Shown here: piece after piece, positions 18,559 to 27,352 of the stretch
Position numbering within the stretch: position 1 is the stretch's first letter
Layout: the number at the start of each line of letters is the position of its first letter
DNA from: Candidatus Poribacteria bacterium
GTDB lineage: Bacteria > Poribacteria > WGA-4E > WGA-3G
NCBI GenBank assembly: GCA_022820835.1
Contig: JAJEET010000157.1
Location: 4,315-68,314, forward strand
DNA: 64,000 bases
Direction of reading: 5' to 3'
Notes under the pieces: generated by a model
Database searches by the model: none
The model's input: the letters and a program-made list of their open reading frames with translations, nothing else
Told to the model about the DNA's origin: nothing
Position numbers and translations under genes: made by a program

Positions 18559-20004
18559 TTAAAAGATTCCTACAATCGGTTCGCCTTTGACTAACTCGCG
18601 GGGTTGATCTAAATGATTGTAGACGATCGTATGCGGATCAATACCAAGCGTATGGTAGACCGTAGCGAGGATGTCGCGCGGATGCACCGGATTTTCAAGT
18701 GGTGTTGAACCTGTTTCATCAGATTTCCCGTAAACCTGTCCACCTCGGACCCCTGCGCCTGCGATCAATCCTGTGTAGCAATAGGGCCAGTGATCGCGTC
18801 CATCTGGTGCGTTGCTGTTTCCGGAGGTGCTTATCCCCATCCGTGGGGAACGCCCGAATTCACCAATCGCCAAGACAAGCGTTTCCTCTAAGAGTCCGCG
18901 TTGATCCAAGTCTTCGAGCAGTGAAGAGACGGCACTATCTAACTTCGGACAGTGAAGGTTTTTCAGCGGACCGAAGTTGGTTGCGTGCGTATCCCATGCG
19001 GTCGTGTTCGGATTACCGTTTGCGACAGAGGGCCAGTTCACCTGAACGAAACGTGTTCCTGCTTCGACTAACCGTCGAGCAAGGAGTGTGCTCTGTCCGA
19101 AAGTATGTCTACCGTAGCGATCGCGAACTTCATCGGGTTCTTGCGAAAGATCGAAAGCGTTACGAGCGCGTTGCGATAGGATGAGGTTGTACGCCTTCTC
19201 ATAATACTCGTTCAAGGCATAGGAATCCGCTACCTTGTCAATTTCGGGCATCCCGGCGTTAATCGTTTCGAGGAGATCTTTCCGGCGTTTCAGACGCACG
19301 GGCGGCACCTCTGGACGTAAACTTAAATCGTCGAGGTTAATCTCCTGATTCGGGTCTTGGAAGAGGAAGTACGGGTCGTAGGCTCTACCCAGGAAGCCGG
19401 CGTTTCCACCTTTGCCGATGATGTTACTCTCTTGCATCGGACGTGGGAGTTGAACAGCAGCGAGCATCGGTTCATCTGGTGGTCTGTAGTTGGCGATATG
19501 TGCTGCGGCGTTCGGGTGGTCAGCGGGTGAAGGCGGATCAAGTTGCCCTGACGGTGCGACTTTGTCTGGTGTTTCACCGGTAACCATCTGATACATCGCA
19601 GCGGTATGATTGAAAAGCCCTGCCGGTGTGTAACTTACGGAGCGAATCAAGCAGGCTTTGTCCATCTGCTGCGCCAAAAGCGGCATGGTTTCGGACAATT
19701 GGATGCCTTGTACATTGGTCGGAATCGGTTTAAACTCACCTCGAATGTTCGAGGGAGCTCCCGGTTTCGGGTCCCAGATGTCGAGATGGCTTGGGCCGCC
19801 TTGTAGGAATAGGAGTATGACCGAGTTGGCTTTCCCCCACCCGTTTAGCGATTTTGCGGGGTCAACTGCCGTATTCGCGTTCGCTTGGAGTGACAATACC
19901 TGTGGCAGACTAATGCCGAGCATCGCCGCACCACCGACACGTAGAAATTCACGACGTGAGAACCCGTCACATAAGCGTCCGGGTAATTGTGGTAACGATA
20001 ACAT
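18559..20004 (-). CDS. DUF1501 family protein (sulfatase-like fold) with Tat-type signal
   Basis: Twin-arginine signal SRREFLRVGGAAMLG. Family motifs LFLQGGPSHLDIWDPKP and GEFGRSPR...GRDHWP. Confidence 0.9.
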   Translation of the reverse strand: MLSLPQLPGRLCDGFSRREFLRVGGAAMLGISLPQVLSLQANANTAVDPAKSLNGWGKANSVILLFLQGGPSHLDIWDPKPGAPSNIRGEFKPIPTNVQGIQLSETMPLLAQQMDKACLIRSVSYTPAGLFNHTAAMYQMVTGETPDKVAPSGQLDPPSPADHPNAAAHIANYRPPDEPMLAAVQLPRPMQESNIIGKGGNAGFLGRAYDPYFLFQDPNQEINLDDLSLRPEVPPVRLKRRKDLLETINAGMPEIDKVADSYALNEYYEKAYNLILSQRARNAFDLSQEPDEVRDRYGRHTFGQSTLLARRLVEAGTRFVQVNWPSVANGNPNTTAWDTHATNFGPLKNLHCPKLDSAVSSLLEDLDQRGLLEETLVLAIGEFGRSPRMGISTSGNSNAPDGRDHWPYCYTGLIAGAGVRGGQVYGKSDETGSTPLENPVHPRDILATVYHTLGIDPHTIVYNHLDQPRELVKGEPIVGIF

Positions 20005-20037
20005 CTATTGTGTCCTCCGTTTTTTAGTAATAACAAT

Positions 20038-22587
20038 TTAGCGATTGAATAAGAAGGCGGGACTGTTGATTAACGCCCATAGTAAATCTTGTACGCCTTC
20101 TTCTCTCGATTCAGCGTTCGCGATATATTCAACCGCTACAGCATATTCGTTCTTCTCTGGTAACCGAGAAAGAGTTGCAAGATATAGTTCTTCAACGAGA
20201 ACTCGGTCATCTTGATTCGTTTTAATGAGTTTTGCGACACGCCCTTTTGGATCAATAAGTGCCTCTGCGACCGTGGGTCCGTTAATGAGGTTCATTGCGT
20301 GTGCGAGACTGACCTCGGTTGTGCGTTCACACTCACAAGAGGTCTCGCGTTCGGGTCTGCCAAAGAGTTTCAAAAATCCGTCATCTTTGACCTTACTATC
20401 CGGTAATTGGGCTGCGCGGAAGTCTTTGGGTACCTCTTGGAACCGTGGTCTGCTTCCTGTCGCAACACCGATAGCATCTAATAACTGTTCAGCCGTTAAA
20501 CGTCTTGCCACGGCGTGTGAGAAGTTAATCGTGTCAGACTTGTTCCACTGATTCGTCTTGATGCTCTGCTGATATGCTCGCGAACGTGTGATTGTCTTCA
20601 TGATATGCTTCATGTCAAACCCACTGTCCACGAAATCTTTCGTCAATGCATCAAGCAGTTCAGGGTTACTCGGCGGATTACTCGTTCGGATGTCGTCAAC
20701 GGGTTCAATAATCCCGCGCCCCATGAAGTAGCTCCAGATACGGTTTACGCCTGCGCGTGCGAACATTGGGTTATCCTTCGAGGTAAGCCATGTTGCGAGC
20801 GTCTGTTGCTTATTACTGACTTGTGCGGTAACTTCACCAAACGGAACAGACGGGTTAACTACTGCTAATGTTCGCGGGTGTTGTACGGCTTGAGGCGTGT
20901 AACTTGCGTAGACGATCTCATCACCGGGGAGCTGCCCTGGTTTTAATTTGACATCAGCGAAAAATGCGCCGAGTTCATAATACTGATTTTGCGTCCACTT
21001 CTCAAACGGGTGATCGTGGCACTTGTTGCAAGAGAATCGGACTCCTAAGAAGAGCTGCGTCGTGTTCTCCACAGCAGCCGTATATTCACGTGAGACCCGA
21101 AAATAGTTTGCAGCAGGATTCTGATATGTGCTTCCGTTTGCGGTGATTAGATTCCGCACGAATTCGTCGTAGGGACGGTTCTGTGCGATAGCCTGATGAA
21201 TCCACTGTCGGAAGAGCCAGACACCGCGTTCACCGAGAAATTTACGGTTAGACTGCAACAGGTCTGCCCATTTATGCGTCCAATGGTCAACAAACTCAGG
21301 CGTTTCGACGAGTGCGTCAATAAGTTTTTCGCGTTTGGTTTTAGAATCCGTGGTATCAGTAAGGAAGCTGCGAGCCTGCTCAGGTGTCGGGGGTAAGCCT
21401 GTGAGATCAAAATAGATACGGCGTACGAACTCTTCATCGGTGCAGAGATCAGATGGCAGGATTTTCATCCGTTTCAACTTATTGTGTACGTATGTATCAA
21501 TGTAGTTGTATTCAGGCGTTTCAACCCACTCGTACCCGCTCCTGTCGCCCATAACAATAATACCGTTGGTGCTGTATGCGCCTTCATATCGTGTAAGGAT
21601 AGCGGTTTCGCCGCGGCGTTCAGCAGTTACCACACCATCATCTGTAATTTTTGCGACTTCGTTGACGCTGCTCGTAAATTTTGCTTCACGGGTGACATCT
21701 CGTGTTGTACCATCGGGATAGTGCGCGATTACTATCAGTTGCTGCGCCATCCCTGGCATAGCGAGTTCAGCCGAATCCGGCATGACTTCTAACCTTTCGA
21801 CCCGCTGCGTCGTTTCGACATCAGAATTCGCGCCTTCCACTATCCATTGGCGGATGAGTTCATAATCGCGTGATTTCGGTACAATAACCTGTCCACCTTT
21901 GTGTGGTACTTCAGATGTCGGCTTCAGGAGCATTAGGCTCTGTTCCGGGAACGCTCGGTTGAAACGTCTGCCGGATATATCCTCAATCAGGAGTTCATAA
22001 TCAAAATCGGGGTCATAACCGCGGAGTGAGAGTTTGAATCCATTTTTTCCCTTCGCTGCCCCGTGGCATGTGCCGTTATTACATCCAGCGTGGCTGAGGA
22101 GCGGCATGACATCTCGCACGAAACTGACGGGTTGCGCTTCAACGCTATTGACGGTAACCGGCAATTCAGTTCTCATACCTTTAACAGTAACAACAATATT
22201 TGTTGTGCCGACGGATTCAGGGAAAATATAACCATCTTCATGTACCTTTACCGTGGTATCTGCAGGTTTCAGCACTGCCCACGGTGTTACATCCACCCAT
22301 GTACCATCTTTCGTCTTACCGGACACAAGTACACGTCTACCGTCGCGTGCATGCTCTAATGTCAGCGCTTCTGGATGGACCTTCAATTCCGTTAAAGCGA
22401 CGCTTGCAATCCATTCCTCTGCTGTCGGAATTTTAGTACTCTCGGGCTGCGCCATCTCACTCCGCGCTGTTAATTGGAACGCGAAGCAGACAGAGAATGC
22501 AACAAGGAGCACTGTTACAAAGTTAGACCTGGGTTTCATCAAAAATTCGGCGTAGGTACCTCCGACTATAGTTGACGGAGTAGACAC
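20038..22587 (-). CDS. PSCyt2/DUF1549 + DUF1553 (PSD1) protein with Ig-like domain
   Basis: Motifs CHGAAKGKNGFKLSLRGYDP (DUF1549) and FLGVRFSCNKCHDHPFEKWTQNQYYELGAFFA (DUF1553). The GTG start at 22587 has AAGGAGG 3 nt upstream. An alternative ATG at 22539 begins the signal peptide MKPRSNFVTVLLVAF. Confidence 0.9.
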   Translation of the reverse strand: MSTPSTIVGGTYAEFLMKPRSNFVTVLLVAFSVCFAFQLTARSEMAQPESTKIPTAEEWIASVALTELKVHPEALTLEHARDGRRVLVSGKTKDGTWVDVTPWAVLKPADTTVKVHEDGYIFPESVGTTNIVVTVKGMRTELPVTVNSVEAQPVSFVRDVMPLLSHAGCNNGTCHGAAKGKNGFKLSLRGYDPDFDYELLIEDISGRRFNRAFPEQSLMLLKPTSEVPHKGGQVIVPKSRDYELIRQWIVEGANSDVETTQRVERLEVMPDSAELAMPGMAQQLIVIAHYPDGTTRDVTREAKFTSSVNEVAKITDDGVVTAERRGETAILTRYEGAYSTNGIIVMGDRSGYEWVETPEYNYIDTYVHNKLKRMKILPSDLCTDEEFVRRIYFDLTGLPPTPEQARSFLTDTTDSKTKREKLIDALVETPEFVDHWTHKWADLLQSNRKFLGERGVWLFRQWIHQAIAQNRPYDEFVRNLITANGSTYQNPAANYFRVSREYTAAVENTTQLFLGVRFSCNKCHDHPFEKWTQNQYYELGAFFADVKLKPGQLPGDEIVYASYTPQAVQHPRTLAVVNPSVPFGEVTAQVSNKQQTLATWLTSKDNPMFARAGVNRIWSYFMGRGIIEPVDDIRTSNPPSNPELLDALTKDFVDSGFDMKHIMKTITRSRAYQQSIKTNQWNKSDTINFSHAVARRLTAEQLLDAIGVATGSRPRFQEVPKDFRAAQLPDSKVKDDGFLKLFGRPERETSCECERTTEVSLAHAMNLINGPTVAEALIDPKGRVAKLIKTNQDDRVLVEELYLATLSRLPEKNEYAVAVEYIANAESREEGVQDLLWALINSPAFLFNR

Positions 22588-22685
22588 CGACCTCCTTATT
22601 AAATCTTCTGTTGTTTTTCGATGAGGTGTTCACTCAGTTTTTCTCACGCCTCATACACTATTTATTATCAATTCTGCGCCAAAAT

Positions 22686-23585
22686 CTACGTAAGATCCCA
22701 GAGTAGGACGGAGTTGTCTTCACTGCCACTTGCGAGTACATTCCCATCAGATGCATATAGGACATTCCTGACACTCCTTGTGTGTCCAGCGAGTGCACCT
22801 TTAGGTTCGCCTGTTTCTGCGTCCCACAGCCGCACTGTCTCGTCGCGCCCGCCGCTCGCGATCGTGTTGCCATCTGGGGAATATGCGACGCTCCAGACGT
22901 AGCCGACATGTCCTGTAAGCGTTGTCATTAAGCTGTTTTCAAACGTATTCCACAACCGAATTGTCCCGTCAATACTGCCACTTGCAAGTGTGCTTCCATC
23001 TGGGGCATACGCGACGGAGTTGACGATATCTTTATGTCCTGTGAGCGTGGTTTTGTGCCTACCAGTCGCAGCATCCCAGAGGACGAGGGTGTCATCTCCA
23101 CTTCCGGCAGTGAGCGTGCTGCCATCTGGGGAATACACAAGACCTCTAACGGAACTTGTATGTCCTTCAAGGACGTTTTTTGCGTCTCCGGTGTTCGCGT
23201 CCCACAGACGTACGGTGCCATCGGGACCTCCACTTGCAACTGTGGTCCCGTCTGGTGAATAGACGACGCTTCTCACAGCATCCGTATGTCCTTTGAGCGT
23301 GGCTGTTGGTGCGCCGCCGGCAGCATCCCACAGAATGATTGTGTTATCTACCCCGCCACTTGCGACAGCCGTGCCATCCGGTGAAAAGGCGACACACCTG
23401 ACATACTCCTTATGCTCCACGAGGAGATTAAGTCCTAAACCACTATCTACATCGTATATCCAAACGCCGATGTCGCAGGCAACTGCAAGTTGCGCTCCAT
23501 CAGGTGAGAAGGCGATATCTCCAGTTAGATTTCCTTGATCAAGTCGTGCTTTGACCCCTTTAGGTAAATTCAATTGTGCATCCAT
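22686..23585 (-). CDS. Stand-alone seven-bladed WD40 protein (no signal peptide, no C-terminal domains)
   Basis: Seven (F/Y)SPDG...LWD blades. It starts directly at the LPKGVKARLDQG motif that follows the signal/TM segment in the three large paralogues. Confidence 0.85.
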   Translation of the reverse strand: MDAQLNLPKGVKARLDQGNLTGDIAFSPDGAQLAVACDIGVWIYDVDSGLGLNLLVEHKEYVRCVAFSPDGTAVASGGVDNTIILWDAAGGAPTATLKGHTDAVRSVVYSPDGTTVASGGPDGTVRLWDANTGDAKNVLEGHTSSVRGLVYSPDGSTLTAGSGDDTLVLWDAATGRHKTTLTGHKDIVNSVAYAPDGSTLASGSIDGTIRLWNTFENSLMTTLTGHVGYVWSVAYSPDGNTIASGGRDETVRLWDAETGEPKGALAGHTRSVRNVLYASDGNVLASGSEDNSVLLWDLT

Positions 23586-23592
23586 ATTTTAA

Positions 23593-23622
23593 AGTATCCA
23601 ATGCGTAAATTATTCCTTTCAA
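23593..23622 (-). promoter_or_regulatory. Sigma-70-type promoter implying a leaderless WD40 mRNA
   Basis: On the minus strand: TTGAAA (23617-23622), an 18-nt spacer, then GATACT (23593-23598). Only 7 nt separate the -10 box from ATG 23585, and there is no SD. Confidence 0.4.
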
Positions 23623-23689
23623 GTATAGCATGCAAGCCAAAACCTGCGATAATTACTGTTTATTTTACGATTTATATAATTGCGTACAT

Positions 23690-23762
23690 GTGACGTGTTA
23701 AAGTGACGTTTTAAACGTCACAGTGACGTGCATAAGTCAAGTGGGCAGTGAAGAAATGACGT
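23690..23762. promoter_or_regulatory. Cluster of five TGACGT hexamers including a perfect 19-bp palindrome
   Basis: TGACGT occurs at 23691, 23704, 23724 and 23757, with ACGTCA at 23715. GTGACGTTT-T-AAACGTCAC (23703-23721) is a perfect palindrome. Confidence 0.5.
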
Positions 23763-23811
23763 TTTTTCCAAATTTCTTAATGTTATTCGTTTCACTTGAG
23801 AGACTTTAGGG

Positions 23812-24630
23812 CTACTTCTGACCTTTCAATTCTCCCCACACTATCGGCAACTTATGACCAGCGGTAACATCTGCGAATTCGGATTCGCTTGCCAACCAGT
23901 TAATCACATTTTCTGTAAGTTTCTCTATATGATCAATACTCTCGTTGTTCTTATGGAAATTCGGGAGTCGCCAGTTCATATTGAAGACTTTACCGTCGCC
24001 GGCTTCCCAGTAGCCGAACGCTGCAATCCTATCCGTGTAATCGGTACCGCCCTCCCAAGCATGCGCAAGCGTCGTAAAATTCTTCCAAATCGTGTCGAAA
24101 TAGTCACCACTGACTGGATATCCGGTTGAGTTGACCTGAATCCAATCCTCGACTTTCGGTGCTTTTCCATCAACATTTTCAAGTCCGTCTACCAATCCGA
24201 GTTCCAGCGTCTCTTTGAGGACGATAATACCGACCCTACTTCCATCGTTCTCAACGGGTCCAAATTTCCGTGGTTCTGCGTTCTCTAATCCTAACGGCGT
24301 AGCATAGCGAATCGCTGCGCCTGTCAGCAGGACTGCGCCGCCGCTTTCAGCGTAGTCTAAGAAGGCATTAATTTCTGCGTCGGATAACCCGCCTGGATCG
24401 GCATCACCATCGTGCCACCAGACGACACCGAACTGCTTGAATGTGGCACTCTTCAAATCCGCCTTAGCGAGTTGCTTAGTTTTGAACGTCTTTTCCGCGA
24501 ACTCTAATGCTGGTGCGGTAAAATCGCCTTTGTCGCCGAGATAGACGAACCCGACTTCGACCGCTGCGTTACCAATACTTATACCAAAACAGAGAAGAAA
24601 TGTCAAATAAATTACGATTTTCCGTTCCAT
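23812..24630 (-). CDS. Secreted protein of unknown function
   Basis: ATG 24630 is preceded by GGAGGG and lies downstream of the predicted promoter. Signal peptide MERKIVIYLTFLLCFGISIGNA. The ORF-track start at 24672 lies upstream of the predicted -10 box. Confidence 0.6.
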   Translation of the reverse strand: MERKIVIYLTFLLCFGISIGNAAVEVGFVYLGDKGDFTAPALEFAEKTFKTKQLAKADLKSATFKQFGVVWWHDGDADPGGLSDAEINAFLDYAESGGAVLLTGAAIRYATPLGLENAEPRKFGPVENDGSRVGIIVLKETLELGLVDGLENVDGKAPKVEDWIQVNSTGYPVSGDYFDTIWKNFTTLAHAWEGGTDYTDRIAAFGYWEAGDGKVFNMNWRLPNFHKNNESIDHIEKLTENVINWLASESEFADVTAGHKLPIVWGELKGQK

Positions 24631-24662
24631 GCTTGTTCCCTCCGATTTTCTATAGTCTATAG

Positions 24663-24691
24663 ATAGTATCATGCAATCACGTTTTTGTCAA
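24663..24691 (-). promoter_or_regulatory. Sigma-70-type promoter for 23812..24630
   Basis: On the minus strand: TTGACA (24686-24691), a 17-nt spacer, then TACTAT (24663-24668). Confidence 0.6.
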
Positions 24692-24859
24692 AGCGTTTAG
24701 TAGCAAAGCGTATGTAAACATCTTGTCAATTGTCGTCTAAATCAAGGATTTCGCGGGTCGGAAAATACTTTGCACAGGCTAATATCCTATGCCACAGGGC
24801 CGTCCTTATAGATAATCAAGCGTCAAAAATTTTACATATCCAAATTCGTATGTTTTTGC

Positions 24860-25651
24860 CTATAAAGGCAAGTCTGGGTTATTGTGGCATTCATGAAGCC
24901 GTTGACTTGCGGCTTTTACGAAGTCGGGTTGAATCTCGAATCCGATGAAATCCCGCTGATGCCGCTTACAGACCACCGGACAAGTGCCGACACCAACAAA
25001 TGGATCGAGGACCAGATCTCCTGGTGATGAACTCGCCAATACGATTCGCTCGATTAACTTCTCCGGTTTCTGGATCGTATTAAGTGCCTTCCGACTGACC
25101 AATTCCTTCGACTTATAAGTTAACTGTTTTATATCGCCCCAGACATCTCCGGGATTTTTCCCTTTCGGATTGTATTTCGTTCTTCCAAACTTCCCATTCG
25201 TCACAGATGGCACATTTTCACACCGAAGCCGATGCTCTAACTCAACAAGTTGCGAAATCCTGATCGCATCAAGGTTATAGCACTTCGGTCTTTCACCTTT
25301 GACGAAATAGCAGATGATGTCGTAGTTGTTGGTGTAACTGATTCTACCTTGTGCAAGCCGACTCGGTTGATACCACACAATCTTTGAGCGGAGATTCAGG
25401 AATTTGCGATAATCTATAAAGTCGATACAATCCGGTTTGCCGAACAGATAGAGTGCGCAGCCCTCTTTCAGTTTCTGTGCAAACTTTTCAATGAGCGCGA
25501 GGTTAAATTCCTGAATTGAGGGTATTTGGTCCCATGGTTCATTTGTTACACCATACGGTCCATCACACACAATTAGATCTACCGATGCATCTTCTATTTT
25601 ATTCAATAGTGTAAACGTGTTGCCACAATAGATGGTGTTGCGTTCAAGCAT
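24860..25651 (-). CDS. Beta-class N6-adenine/N4-cytosine DNA methyltransferase (solitary)
   Basis: Motif IV variant DLIVCDGPYG lies near the N-terminus. TIQKPEKLIERIV and motif I LVLDPFVGVGT lie near the C-terminus. The order IV then I indicates beta class. Confidence 0.85.
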   Translation of the reverse strand: MLERNTIYCGNTFTLLNKIEDASVDLIVCDGPYGVTNEPWDQIPSIQEFNLALIEKFAQKLKEGCALYLFGKPDCIDFIDYRKFLNLRSKIVWYQPSRLAQGRISYTNNYDIICYFVKGERPKCYNLDAIRISQLVELEHRLRCENVPSVTNGKFGRTKYNPKGKNPGDVWGDIKQLTYKSKELVSRKALNTIQKPEKLIERIVLASSSPGDLVLDPFVGVGTCPVVCKRHQRDFIGFEIQPDFVKAASQRLHECHNNPDLPL

Positions 25652-25675
25652 AATACGGCAAAGCGTCCTATCAGT

Positions 25676-27160
25676 TTACATCGGTCCGACGCGTTGCGGT
25701 CCTATGTCCATAGCGAACATGGATGCGTCAAAATTCCGTTTTAACAGATCCATCTTGATGCCTTGTTTGTCGGGTGCGTGCCAGAGATTGTCAAACTCGT
25801 CTGGGTCTTCAATTAGGTCGTAGAGTTCTCCCTCCTCATGTCCATGGTAGACTGCCAATTTATAACGTTTATCGCGATACATTGTTGCATAAGAGTGATT
25901 GCGACCATTGACAGCATCATAGTACTCACATCGAACGAAATCGCGGTGATGGTTTGGATCCGCTTCACCTCGGAGGATAGGCAGTAGCGAACGTCCGTGC
26001 ATGCCTTCAGGCGGTGTTAATCCTGCTAATTCCAAGAGTGTCGGCGTCTTGTCAATGAGTTCAACGAGCGCATCGCTCTTGAGGCCGCTTACAAACTGAT
26101 CCTGCCATACGAAGATCAGCGGCACCCTGACTAAACCTTCGTAAAAACGGCACCCTTTCTGAATGAGTCCGTGGTCGCCGAGCGTTTCGCCGTGGTCGCT
26201 GGTAAAGATGACAACCGTGTTTTCCCGTTGCCCTGTCTCGTCAAGCGTTTCGAGAATCCTACCGAGCTGCTCATCAATGAGTTGGATCATGGCGTAATAG
26301 GCGGCTTTGAGCGTCTTGGCATCTCTGGTGCCGACTGGATTCGTCTCTCGGTGCGATGTCCGTGCTGTCTGTCCGTTGGCAGGAACGAGCGCGGAACCGG
26401 GCAAGATCGGATTCCGGATATCTAATTCATCTGGTGTTCGGACTTTGGATTGAAAATCGACGGCTTGTAATCGGGTCTGCTGTTCAAGGTCGCTGTCTCG
26501 GAAAAGTGGCTCAGGCATCTCCACTGGATTGAGTTGTTCTCTGTGTGTCTGCGGTGGATTGAACGGTGGATGCGGATCGTAGATGTTGACGCTCGCGAGC
26601 CACGGACAATTGCGTTCCTCACGAATGAACGCAATTGTCTTTTCCGCACACCATGTCGTTTGATGCAATTCTGCGGGTACACCCTCTGGATTCCGGTTCA
26701 ATTCGCCGAGGATGTATCCCTTTGAACGGACCCAATCAGCGTAATCGTGTCCTTGTTCCCAATCGTCTCGTGGCGCATGGCTGTATTGCCAGTAGCGGTA
26801 TCCGTCGTCTGCGCGCGGTTCTATTCGACGGTAAGCACTTGCGAGATGAAGTTTGCCAATAAGCCCGCAATCATAGCCGATGTCAGCGAGGGTGCGTGTC
26901 ACAAGTGGATACACGCTTGGGAAAAAATCGTTTCCGTTGCGATTTGCGTGTGTTGCGTTCGGGTACATACCCGTGAGAAAACTCGCACGACTCGGTGTGC
27001 AAATAGGACTTTGACAATAGGCGTGTGTGAACGCGACCCCATCGGCTACAAGGCTATCAATGTTCGGTGTTGACAGGTATGGATTCCCCAATGCCCCGAT
27101 TGTGTCGTAGCGTTGCTGATCAGTGCAAACCCAGAGAATATTGGGAGCTGTAGCATCCAT
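25676..27160 (-). CDS. Cys-type (formylglycine) sulfatase, no signal peptide
   Basis: N-terminus NILWVCTDQQRYD, FGly motif CTPSRASFLTG, and FTSDHGE. Confidence 0.9.
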   Translation of the reverse strand: MDATAPNILWVCTDQQRYDTIGALGNPYLSTPNIDSLVADGVAFTHAYCQSPICTPSRASFLTGMYPNATHANRNGNDFFPSVYPLVTRTLADIGYDCGLIGKLHLASAYRRIEPRADDGYRYWQYSHAPRDDWEQGHDYADWVRSKGYILGELNRNPEGVPAELHQTTWCAEKTIAFIREERNCPWLASVNIYDPHPPFNPPQTHREQLNPVEMPEPLFRDSDLEQQTRLQAVDFQSKVRTPDELDIRNPILPGSALVPANGQTARTSHRETNPVGTRDAKTLKAAYYAMIQLIDEQLGRILETLDETGQRENTVVIFTSDHGETLGDHGLIQKGCRFYEGLVRVPLIFVWQDQFVSGLKSDALVELIDKTPTLLELAGLTPPEGMHGRSLLPILRGEADPNHHRDFVRCEYYDAVNGRNHSYATMYRDKRYKLAVYHGHEEGELYDLIEDPDEFDNLWHAPDKQGIKMDLLKRNFDASMFAMDIGPQRVGPM

Positions 27161-27352
27161 CGGTCAACCTCTTCGTGTGTACTATTGAGCCGTTGCGCTA
27201 AATCCGGTCTCTTTAACGATGTTGGCGAGGTCTTCAGCAGTCGCGGTATTTTTTCGGACTTTAATGATTGCTTGATCGGGCAAAGAGACTTCAACACTGA
27301 TAACACTTTGGTGTTGTGAAAGTGCATCCTGCACTTTTGTAACGCACGCCCC

